A stretch of 64,000 nucleotides of DNA from Tubulanus polymorphus (lineage: Eukaryota; Animalia; Nemertea). The position numbers and the translations under genes are program-made. The stretch spans positions 13,950,001 to 14,014,000 of the forward strand of contig NC_134025.1 of NCBI RefSeq assembly GCF_964204645.1. Direction: 5' to 3'. The notes beneath the pieces are model-generated. The model was not told the DNA's origin. It ran no database searches and was given only the letters and a program-made list of their open reading frames with translations. The stretch's first letter is position 1, and every line of letters begins with the position of its first letter. Below are positions 14,061 to 25,900 of this stretch, piece by piece.

Positions 14061-14682
14061 GAGGTGAACAAAATATAATGTTAAGATATGAGAGAATACT
14101 TGAAAACAGAAAACCAAATATTGTGCTCTATTGTGCAATGTAATTTAACCAAGAGGAAATCAAAATAACCAATGCTAAAAGTATAACATTTATTATAAAA
14201 GAAAAAGAATGAATCAACATCCACTTAGTAGGCCTGCATTTGACCAAAATATCACTAGTCAATGATACCCAGAAATTCAGGCATCAATAAGATTTGACCA
14301 AAATCATCCTTTCAGTTTCAGACTCAATAACATTGATCCAACATTTACATGAAATGATATTCCCAAAGTATTCCATGGGTGACGGAATGGGGCCCTGATG
14401 GAATGGGGCCTTCGAACATAACATAGAGGTCAACAAAAGGTGACTGATTGATAACGGTGATTTTCATGAAAATTGTCCCCTTACAAATGATGAACTAAGT
14501 GAAGTGAATAACTAAATCATAAAATATTTCCCACATCAGTGGAAAATGTAATTTCAAAATTTTACAAACCCGGGAAATATTATTTTGAAATGTTTCCCAA
14601 ATGGTGACAATAATATACAATTTATAACAAATTGTGTGAAAGAAAAGCGGTTTTCTCCTCATAAAACCATTATGAAACTCAC

Positions 14683-14741
14683 CTGCATCATTTTCACAGG
14701 CTGTAGTCTTAACGAACATATTTCATCCCAAGCTCCAATAC
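14683..14741 (-). CDS. COQ6: COQ6 ubiquinone biosynthesis monooxygenase, exon 3
   Basis: cag|GT ATT GGA GCT TGG GAT ... ATG ATG CAG|gtgag = IGAWDEICSLRLQPVKMMQ, matching COQ6 GAWDHICNMR...MQ; 59 nt, phase-consistent. Confidence 0.9.
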
Positions 14742-14842
14742 CTGCAAAGTAATAAGGATATAAAGCATTTTGAAGTCTTATAGACCTAGCAAAGATCATC
14801 CTCAAACAGGAAAGCTGTAGTAAGACCAAATTCTCATACTAC

Positions 14843-14980
14843 CTGAAAGAAATTTTACAGTAGCCGGACTTAACGCACAAACACGATTACTGAAGCCTCC
14901 ATCTTTCAATACGAAATCCGATTTTTCTGTCATGCTTTCCAACAACAATATATTCTTGTTTGAAAACACAGGATCATTAC
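14843..14980 (-). CDS. COQ6: COQ6 exon 2
   Basis: cag|GT AAT GAT CCT... = NDPVFSNKNILLLESMTEK...FSNRVCALSPATVKFLS, matching COQ6 KKILLLEA...YSNRVSSISP. Phase 1 at both ends; an alternative donor 3 nt further is possible. Confidence 0.9.
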
Positions 14981-16489
14981 CTGAAATGAGGATATTTTTC
15001 TGCTTAATGTCTTGATCATTTCATTGAGATGGTTTGAAAAAGAAAACATACATTTTAAGAAAACATGCCTAATCTTACATAGGAAGAAACCCACATCTGT
15101 ATTTTTCAATTAAATAAGTTAACAATTCTTTAATGAACCGTTATGGGTCAGTTAGCAGTGTTCTCCATTTTAGAAAAACGAGGTCATATGGGCCCCCTTG
15201 AAAAATTTTATATTTGGAGGTGCTCTAATGAGTTTACCCAGCATTTGGGGTCATAAACAACTAGTTAAAGTTTGGTAATGTCTATATAAGCGATAGTCAG
15301 CAGTTTGCTTGAAGTGCTTTCCTGCCGGAGATTGGTAAGCCTACATACATGAAATGGTTAGATGTTATTTTATCTACTTATATAATCAGATTTGGTCGAT
15401 AAAGCTTAGCAAGCATTCATTAATTCAAATCAGAAAAACATTTTGGGGGACTTCGATAAGTAATCATGATATATTTTGTCTACTCAATGGGAGACTAGAA
15501 AATCGAGGCTGCTGGTTCATTTATTCACGCGCAGTGCAGCAGTGTCGTGATCTCCCCGTGCATTGATTTATATTCTTAACATGCTGGGAAATCCTCAGAT
15601 ATTTATACCTAAATGTGCCGAGTCTAAACCGTTTATACAATCATTGACATATTACTTAATTCAAATGGCGCAAAGCTATGTATTTGACTCACTATTTACA
15701 CAATTATTGACATACCGGTTAATATTTCAACTCCTTGGGAAGACACTGATCAATTTTTTCGTAGGGCTGCTTGACTTTTAAAGAAAGACAGTAGAAAATA
15801 ATAGGGGTGGATTTTTCTTTTTGAGAAAATTCTAGGGGCAGCCCACCCCTCAAAAACCCCTTACGAAGAACACAGATAGCATTCTTGGCAGATAAATCTA
15901 CACAATGCTACTTTTACATGCATTTCATGAATATACATCGCACAGAAGAGAATACACAGGATAAAATAGCCAAGATCGCTGGGATTGGTGAGAGGGGAAT
16001 TAAGTTCAGTCTTCAAAACAGAGACCAACAGAAAATCAATCAAAATTCATTTTTACAGCTAAATCTATTTTATTTACTAGGAGATCCCATCATTTCTTAA
16101 TATACGTCTAGCTGCAGAGCCATTTTATAGAACAAATTACATTTGAGACATTTTTGGCTGTGTCAAACGCTTTACGTGAAAGGTATTTCAATTTGAATTA
16201 GAAATGAGGCTGGTAATATTACGCACACATATATGGGTGTATTGCTTCATTTTTAAAACATGGACAATGCAATGATGAAGATAAAACCATACACTTATTA
16301 TTGAAATCTAAAGTAATAGATAAATTTCCCATGTCCATTGATTCGTGATATCATTTTTCAAGTAAAGGAGATTATAAAATGTATTTCCCCTTAATCTAAA
16401 TTTTTTCATTAATTTCTGACAGGCTGCCAATTATTCATGACGGGCCTTAAAGATCTGGTGCCTATCATGAGACAGGGGAGTCAAATAAA

Positions 16490-16626
16490 TTATTTCAGGG
16501 CCTTACATTCTATACCCAGGAAATGGATAAGAAATGCTACAATAGGAGCTGAACTTAAGTGCCCTGTCAAATGTAATGCGCTCTGAGCAGCTTTGCTGGA
16601 TTTAGTGCTATATAAGATACATATTA
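16490..16626 (+). repeat. SINE/LINE fragment with an L2-type 3' end
   Basis: tgtaatgcgctctgag...gtgctatataag followed by a (tat)n tail that is split by the HINE at 16627-17417 and resumes at 17418-17440. Confidence 0.5.
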
Positions 16627-17417
16627 ATAGGGTTTCTGCTGCTTTGCAGCAACCCTCTTGTAGTTCTCTATATTATTACCTTTTCCACTTTCCAGACAAA
16701 TTTTTTTCATAAAATGTAACTCCACCCAGATTCGACTAACAGCTTATAAAGGTAATTTTTAATTCTGACAGAAATATAACTTAGCGTCTGACCATTTCGA
16801 ATTTGCGTATAGTAATTTATTATGAATTAATATTGCGTAAAAGAATTTTATCATGTCAGAAGAACGAACAAGAATGAAAGTAGGCATAATTATAATATCT
16901 AGGCTACATTGAGATTTAAGATAGCCCTATAATAGCCTTACAAGCGGCATAGTGAATAGACGCGCTAGCGCAGCGGGTAACTTTCTGGTCTGACGTGCAA
17001 ATTAAGATTGAGTTCTTAATAGAACAAATCAAGATCTTCAGTGATGTGATAATATCACAATGCTTCACGAATGCATGTTGAAATCCATTATCATTTATTG
17101 AGTACACGTGGTTTAATTCAGTTTCAAAGCTGGATCACATCAAAAACATGGTATAAATACATATACACATAAGGGCCATATGCCAACGGATACGATTAGT
17201 TCATGCAACTTCCAACGGAACTATGAAAGCGCCAAACATTAGTACTTTTTATGTGGTAGCCCTTGTGGATCCACATATCCCGGATATGTGTCGCACTCCT
17301 TCAAAATAGTCGTTATAAACTGATAAGAATTATTTGGTGAAATCTTTGTGCGCTTCCAAGTGCGACTTCCAAAACAAGCAAGGCAGAAACCCGTTGTCGC
17401 TGCTTTGCAGCTATATT
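16627..17417 (+). mobile_element. HINE family 2 (Helentron-like non-autonomous element)
   Basis: 5' hairpin gggtttctgctgctttgcagcaaccc; 3' sub-TIR gcagaaaccc plus stem-loop gctgctttgcagc then tatattt. Related 5' end at ~21951 and 3' end at ~36840-37130. Confidence 0.7.
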
Positions 17418-18890
17418 TATTATTATTATTATTATTATTACACGGCTGCATACATTAACCTAGAACTTAAGCTTAATCACTTATCACATGATCTTGTAAC
17501 CAAACCAATACTGACATCAATTAGCAGTGGACTTGCCATAGGCGACTGCAGTTGACTCACTGGCAAACTGCCTAAGACGACTGAAGTCAACAGCCTGAAC
17601 TATCCTGCATTAAAAGTACCTACCCTACCAAATTTTGGACATGAACCGTAAACAAAGGTATCTTTTTTTTGCCAAATCCATCACTCATTACAGCTAATAT
17701 TTCTCAAGAATGATTATTATGTATATGTGTAACATAATCTATCGTTAAAAACAAAAGCTATTGTGGGCTACACTTGATCTTTAAAAGCTGTTCATATCCT
17801 AAAAAAAAAAAAATACAAATACTATGACCAAAGTTGACAGAGACATTGTTTCATTGAGACTTGAATAAAATGTGGAGACTAATGAATGATAACATTCACT
17901 AGCTGGCTTAACACAGTTAATATAATAAGTTAATGTCAATTAGGAATCTATCTCAGTAAGGCCTATTCAAATATTCAAATGTTGCGCATGTGGTAATGTC
18001 ATTGTTTACATCTGATGTCATTGATAAATTGAAGCGTGCAGCTTAGCCTGCTTGTCAATCAACATAATTGGTTTACACTAAAAATGCGCTAACTTGAAAA
18101 AACTATGTGTATCAATCTGTAATTTTGACACAATATCCTATGCTAAATACCTTTCTTTAAAAGTTTATTTGGTGTGAATCAGATCAAAAATATTTCTAAC
18201 ATCTAAGTTATGAATAACTTTTGTAGTGGAGGCGAGTGTCGGCATCAACGTGAGCGGGTACCGTAGGCTTTCACAGACCACAGCAGTAATTCTCAATATT
18301 TTGAACATCTATTTAAACAATTTAGAGGCCTTCCGTGCATTCATGAGGAGTAAACTATACACACCAACTGCCACTTTGCATAGACTTCATACGGATGCTC
18401 CATGACACAATCAACGATCAACGCAGTTGAACATGGCGCTTCATACAGGCGCAGCATTGTATTGATGCGCGAGTCGATGTAATCATTTGTTTTAACCACT
18501 ACATGGGCATTCATTCAGAATATCTTAATCTATCTATCAAGATAACTATAATATTCTTAAGACAAACGAATTTCTTTGTGGACCTATTTCATTAAGGCGT
18601 ATCACTCAAATCTGAAAACAAGAAGCGATTTTCTTAATATGGACTTACCTAAATTGACATGAGTGTATGTTTAATTAGCATCAAAATTAAACATTGGTAG
18701 TCTAGATTTGAGATTATAAGCAAACAAATGAAAAATAGTGAAAACTATTGGAATGAATTCAATTGATGGGTGAAGACTGACTTTTTACAGACTTAGATCG
18801 AAAGGACGGAATTATTAAGAAACTAGAAAAATTCTTTCTATGTGGTTGGGTTAGAAACAATTTCGATCGAAGACACTCAGTGACAGTTAA

Positions 18891-21295
18891 AGGCCGAGGA
18901 GCAGTATAAAAGCCCAATCAATGTCAAAGATGGCAGTACCCACGAAGCAATAGTGCAGTGGAGAGCTCCAACGGTTGAAACTGGAATTCTATTTTCTCTG
19001 TCAGTTATCCGATTTGGACCCTCCTTTTTGTCAGACATATGAATTAATGTGAAATATATTCATTTCTGCAGTCAAAAATGTGTTTTAGGCCCTCCTCTAC
19101 GAGAAATTAAGCATTTTAGTTGGTATTTCCTTCAAAATTTGAATCTTTGAATGACATAGAGGGAGGAGTTATCCAGTGAATTAGTGTAGCTCACAGAGCA
19201 CATAAACAGTAATTTGATACCTATAGTCATCAGTATACATAAACAAAACATAGCCTCATTCATAGTACCAAAATTTGGCAACATCAAAACTTTTTCTATG
19301 GTCAATGGATCAGTCTGAAATCTCGTACACTTGTTTAGCTATCTACCATCAATGATGTGTCCAAATTTCATGGAAATCGGATAAAAATTAATGATTTTCA
19401 AAAAATTTGAAATGTCTCTAAAATCTTTAATCTTGGCCCTATCTCTACAAAAAAACATCGCTAGCATCAGATTTTCATTCCCACTATGACTAGATTACTT
19501 AAAATTAGTTTAGAATTTGATATGAAAACCTTTATGAATTTGTCAAATTTAACTGTGTGTGACCTGCTTTTCTGTTGTGAGCCAACCTCGCTCACTCTAA
19601 ACACTATAAACAAGATACTGTAGTTAGTGGGACGGCCGATCTCAAGTGTTTGCCACCTGGTTAACTAGCATCCATACTCATCGGCCTTTAAAGGCCGAGG
19701 AGCAGTATAAAAGCCCAATCAATGTCAAAGATGGCAGTACCCATGAAGCAATAGTGCAGTGGAGAGCTCCAACGGTTGAAACTGGAAATCTCCTATTTTC
19801 TCTGTCAGTTATCCGATTTGGACCCTCCTTTTTGTCAGACATATGTATTAATGTGTAATATATTCATTTCTGCAGTCAAAAATGTGTTTTAGGCCCTCCT
19901 CTACGAGAAATTAAGCTTTTTAGTTGGTATTTTCTTCAAAATTTGAATCTTTGAATGACATAGAGGGAGGAGTTATCCAGTGAATTAGTGTAGCTCACAG
20001 AGCACATGAACAGTAATTTGATACCTATAGTCATCAGTATACATAAACAAAACATAGCCTCATTCATAGTACCAAAATTAGGCAACATCAAAACTTTTTC
20101 TATGGTCAATGGCTCAGTCTGAAATTTCGTACACTTGTTTAGTTATCTACCATCAATGTTGTGTCCAAATTTCATGGAAATCGGATAAAAATTAATGATT
20201 TTCAAAAAATTTGAAATGTCTCTAAAATCTTTAATCTTGGCCCTATCTCTACAAAAAAACATCGCTAGCATCAGATTTTCATTCCCACTATGACTAGATT
20301 ACTTAAAATTAGTTTAGAATTTGATATGAAAACCTTTATGAATTTGTCAAATTTAACTGTGTGTGACCTGCTTTTCTGTTGTGAGCCAACCTCGCTCACT
20401 CTAAACACTATAAACAAGATACTGTAGTTAGTGGGACAGCCGATCTCAAGTGTTTGCCACCTGGTTAACTAGCATCCATACTCATCGGCCTTTAAAGGCC
20501 GAGGAGCAGTATAAAAGCCCAATCAATGTCAAAGATGGCAGTACCCATGAAGCAATAGTGCAGTGGAGAGCTCCAACGGTTGAAACTGGAAATCTCCTAT
20601 TTTCTCTGTCAGTTATCCGATTTGGACCCTCCTTTTTGTCAGACATATGTATTAATGTGTAATACATTCATTTCTGCAGTCAAAAATGTGTTTTAGGCCC
20701 TCCTCTACGAGAAATTAAGCTTTTTAGTTGGTATTTTCTTCAAAATTTGAATCTTTGAATGACATAGAGGGAGGAGTTATCCAGTGAATTAGTGTAGCTC
20801 ACAGAGCACATGAACAGTAATTTGATACCTATAGTCATCAGTATACATAAACAAAACATAGCCTCATTCATAGTACCAAAATTAGGCAACATCAAAACTT
20901 TTTCTATGGTCAATGGCTCAGTCTGAAATTTCGTACACTTGTTTAGTTATCTACCATCAATGTTGTGTCCAAATTTCATGGAAATCGGATAAAAATTAAT
21001 GATTTTCAAAAAATTTGAAATGTCTCTAAAATCTTTAATCTTGGCCCTATCTCTACAAAAAAAGATCGCTTGCATCAGATTTTCATTCCCACTATGACTA
21101 GATTACTTAAAATTAGTTTAGAACTTGATATGAAAACTTTTATGAATTTGTCAAATTTAACTGTGTGTGACCTGCTTTTCTGTTGTGAGCCAACCTCACT
21201 CACTCTAAACATTATAAACAAGATACTGTAGTTAGTGGGACGGCCGATCTCAAGTGTTTGCCACCCGGTTAACTAGCATCCATACTCCTCGGCCT
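18891..21295. mobile_element. Head-to-tail trimer of an ~800-bp Kolobok-like MITE
   Basis: Units 18891-19687, 19692-20491 and 20496-21295, each aggccgaggag...ctc(a/c)tcggcct, separated and flanked by single TTAA sites. Confidence 0.9.
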
Positions 21296-22356
21296 TTAAG
21301 AATAAGACCATCATAACGAACTACACAATTCAACACCAGGCCACTGCAACGTGAGAACAAAACTTGTACGCCGATCAGAGGCCACAGTCTACAACCCCTC
21401 TTAGTTGCCGCGCCGATCCGTAGCTACTCTGTTGCATAATCATCTCATCAATATACCTTAACATCATATTGTAGTGCAAGTATGATGTAGGCTAGAGGTC
21501 AAGACGATACCCGCACAGAGGCAGAATCGTAGCGAACGAGCCGTGTCAAATCTTCTGTTCGATTTCAACTATATACTGCACAATGTTGGTCCACCAGTGC
21601 GGTGTTATTTAATGCATATCAGTATTGTTTAAAATTCATCTGCATATCAATACAAACGTTTTTTTTCGTCAAGATGACCTCGGGCGTATGCATAGATAAT
21701 TTCAGCTCAAACATTTTCAAACGAATTTCTATCAATAGATTATCCTTTATCTAAAGAATAACAGCCGCCTTGATTTTGGTGAGCTACACGTGTTACTAAA
21801 ACGAGGGCGCCATCATCACAGCTCTGGAGTAAATATTGCAAACTACGCCTTGCATCAACATGGAATTTTCAGCACAGTACAAGATGCTTATTAATCTTTC
21901 TCATCTTTCTCTGAATTTTAGTTAGAGTAAATCAGATGACAGCAATTATTTAGGGTTTTCTGTTACTTCACAGAAAACCCTATTGAGATTCGCTTGTTTC
22001 TCATTATTATTATTTTATGTCACACTATTTTCACTAAAAGAACATAGGCTTTATTACCTTGCCACTGTTGCCGATACAATCCGTATTATATCCTTCAGCT
22101 CACTTCGATCAACAAATACTCTGTGCGTATTATCATGAATCAACGTTACAAAAGCACTGTCGGGCTGTAAACATCGAAAATTGGGCCCAATTCAATGAGG
22201 TGACATGCTTTTCTGAGTCGTCATCCCGAAATCCACCGGAGGCTGCTCGTCACTTCGATTATCAATTTAAGTGTAAATAAATAAATTTAGTGCCGCAGGA
22301 CATTCAGCCGCGGTCAGTAAATTTTAACAATTACCCATTTTCTTCATCAGTACACT

Positions 22357-23408
22357 CAGTGCTTCATCTAGCCAAAAATGGAGGGGCTGTCCACCCCGCC
22401 CCTGAAAATAGCCGCCCTTGTGCCCTTCAGATGTGTCCCATGCTCGCCCTTGTGCCCTCATCACTTGCGGTAGGTCCGCCCTCGAGTCACGAGTAATGAG
22501 TCAGGGCTTTCAAAATAAGCTTTCGCACCCGACTGTTAGTAATAATCGTGCGACGGCTATGAAATATCTCGAATGATATCAACGATAGTAGCTCATGTGA
22601 TCAGTGGTTATATTTAAATGTACTGCAGTCAGTGTGCATCGTGTGAAAACGTGCCTCAGACGCGTGGCCTAGTTTTAGTTTCCAAGAAATTGGCTGCCTT
22701 CCAAACTACTGCCAATCATTCTAGCGACTGCCGTTATAAAGCTGGTAGTGTATATTCGATGGATTGTTTCGTTTTGAACACATCGTGATGCTCTGGATCT
22801 TTTTATCTAGACTATTAGACAAATTTTATATACACAAGGTGAAAAACTTTTTTCTGTGAACTCACAGAGAGACTTGCAGAGACAATTAGTTTGAGTGGCC
22901 TAATAGCAAAAATGTGTTCTTAAGCTGGCTGCCTACCAATTATCAACAGTCACTCGCCAATCACTAACACTATCAATTTAAATCAATTAATTTGATATTT
23001 CTAAGATTAAAAATATGCAATTTCATGTAGGCCTATACACTATTGCTGGCTTTTTTTCGCTGTATCATTTGCTTTTTGAGATTGCTTTTTTCTGCCATTT
23101 TTTGTCTGCAACTGGTTTTCCAAATAATTTTGAAAGCCCTATCTGATTATTTTTGTTCATTGACAGGCATAGGTGTAAGGATGTACTGTGGTCAAGTGTG
23201 TCACTCATGGCAAGAGTGAAACATAGTTTCTAGTCCTCAATTGTAGTAGGGGGTACCTCGATTCTATGCAATAGGGAACATTGCAGGTTGCCCCTAAAAC
23301 GGACGTGAGTGCGTTATTATGTGCCCTTGCTCCAATGGAATCACGTGTAAAAATGCCCTTATTTGAAATCAGCACCCTGCCCTTTTTTTAATGCTAGATG
23401 AAGCACTG
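22357..23408. mobile_element. Non-autonomous TIR element with a 5-bp TSD (hAT5-like), copy 1
   Basis: TIR cagtgcttcatctagc / gctagatgaagcactg; TSD acact. Confidence 0.85.
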
Positions 23409-24539
23409 ACACTTTACCGATCTTATATACTACTCTAAATATTATATACTACTCTAAATATGATAAGCACTGTCAAGCTGTAAAGATCGATGAATCAACT
23501 TGTGTCTTTACATCGTCGTTCCACGGATCCGCTGCGAGATCTCCTCGCTATGAGAATCAAATCAAGTACAAATAGATTTCTTACTCCCAGTGATTTGGCC
23601 GCGGGCTTCTAACAGTTAGTTTCTTTATCGGATGTTTACTAGGATAAATCATTAGAGTACCGGCGAGTCGTATAGGCCTAAACTAAACACGCCGAACTGA
23701 TGCAGCGGAGAGAAGCTGTTTTGGTGACGAGGTATCAATAAATGGATTTGTTACTACCAGTGATTCGGCCGCGGGTTTCAACCATTTATCAATATTCTAT
23801 TTTTCCTACAGTACATACCAATCTTTACCAAATCCACGGAATATTCACTAAATGCCTGTACATTACACATTCTTATCCGTAAGCTGGACTCAAGCTTGAT
23901 ATTCGGAGTGAGAGTCTCGGATGCTGCAGTGGATAGGAGATCGTTACTAGGTCGCTTGAAGTGTTTATTGAGTTGTACGCGACCTTTAGGCCTACAGAGC
24001 TTTACTGTGTCAAGCAAACATAGTATAGGCCTAATTGTTGTGATTATTTAGGCCTACGGACTCGTGGATTGAACTTTAAACAAAATTTGCAATAAAAAAT
24101 TCGGCAACATTGCTGCGACGCGAAATAGGCCTACAAAAGATTTACTATTTCATAATCCGAAAATGAAATCAATCTTATGATTGAATTCCCCATGGACCTA
24201 TCCCTGTTAAATAAGGTGTAGGAATACGATGTTTAGGAGGGTTGAAATTCAATAGGCCTAAGACCAATCTGTAAAGTTGTTAGGCCTACGCATATACATA
24301 GGCCTACATAGGCTATACTATTAGCCTCTACTAGGTTAAAACTAAGTTCACTGTAAAGGAGGAATCAGATTTATTAAAATGCATGTATGAGTGATTAACT
24401 GGTTCTGACTTGCAATGATCAATCACAATTATAAACGATATTTTATTGGAAAAAATGAAGATTTTTTTGAAAATTTCGTCTGAGCAGACAGCTTTATAAA
24501 CCAGACTTTTCATTTGAGTTTTATAACCATTAATGAAAC

Positions 24540-25180
24540 TGGCATGCAACTCCGTGCAAAAGACCTTTCGCTCAAAAATTTTTTTGTCCGAACAAAGATT
24601 TTTTCGTTCGAACCAATAATATTTTGTTCTAGGTTCTTGTTCTTTTGTTTTCTTCTTTTGTCCAAACGAAAGATTTTTTGTTCGAACAATTGTTCGATCG
24701 AACAGAATCGTTTCCATTCGAGCAGAATTTTCATGTTGGAACATTAAGTTTTTCGTCCGAACAAGTATATTGTAATAAGTTTTTCATCCGAACACAAAGT
24801 ATAAAGTATATTGTTAAATCGAACACAATTGTTTTCATTCAAACATTAGTTTCAACAAAAATTTTTTGTCAGGACAAAAAGTTTTTCATTTCAACAATAA
24901 CATAGCTTTTTATTCAACCAATTTTTTTTGTCAGGACGAAGAAAAGTTTTCGTTCGCACAAAAAGTGTATTGTTCGATCAAACAGAATTGTTTTTATTGG
25001 AACAAGATTTTCTTCGGAACATTAAGTTTTTTGTTCAAACAAATGTATTGTTCGATCGAAGCGTTTTTCATTCCAAAGAACAAAATTTTGGTGGAACTAA
25101 ATAGTCTTTTTGTTATAATGAGTAATCCTAATTCGAACAAAATAATCTTCTCATTCGAACACAAAGGCATAATCTGAACC
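24540..25180. repeat. Degenerate tandem array of ttcgaacaa/ttgttcgat motifs (probably subterminal repeats of a DNA transposon)
   Basis: Many short tt(c)gaaca-type repeats in both orientations; the ORFs here are repeat artefacts. Confidence 0.6.
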
Positions 25181-25900
25181 TGGGTTTTCTTCGTATCCAA
25201 TATCCATATCATACCTTTCAGGTAGCAGCCCATCTTTCTGACCACGAACAGAACACAGCTTGTTTAGGTCATTTAGGAAATATACTCCGTCTGGTACATT
25301 TTGGATTACTCTGTATATCATCTATCAGGACAGTGAAGAGTAGACGACTTAAGGTGTGTTCACACGACGAAATTAAGACCGGTCTAAATTTGGTCTGGTC
25401 CAATCTAGACCGGACCAAGCATTTACACGCGCAAAAATACCGTTCTAAATTAGACCGGTCTAGTTTAGACCTTTGCAGTAGAGTGTCAGTCCAGTTTATT
25501 AAGTTTTAAATGCTTTTATTACCGTTTATGTAATTATTTTTAAGTACTCTTTTCCTCCCTATTCAATGGAAATGTTTGGAGCGTAATTCCTATATAATTC
25601 CTTCGTATATCGCGATCATCATCTGTTTACTGCCATGCTTTGAAACGTGTTTAAATGACACTAAGAGTTTCAGCATGATAGAATAAAATCGAATTCGCAA
25701 AAATGTATAAACCTGACAGAGGATCGAATTGGTCAAATACCATTTTAAGTACGAAGTTGTTACCCGTACGTGACTGAACGATGATATCCACAGGTTAGCC
25801 ATACGTGAGTTCCCTACAAACGCCGTACGTGAGTTTCTATAATCTGCAAACGCACATGCGTGAAAGAATAGAGTTTGGGTTAGGTGAGGCTAGGCTATTT

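Noticed and set aside
1-14682. COQ6 exon 4 (VWD...ENDVI-like)
   Set aside because: Not found by eye on the minus strand; probably beyond the window.
15156-15875. Possible hAT-like MITE (cagtgttct...agaacacag)
   Set aside because: The TIR is short and imperfect and no TSD matches.
19646-20662. Duplicated 70-aa ORFs
   Set aside because: They span the junctions of the tandem MITE units and have no protein motif.
24331-25245. Several overlapping 70-137-aa ORFs
   Set aside because: By-products of a low-complexity repeat array.
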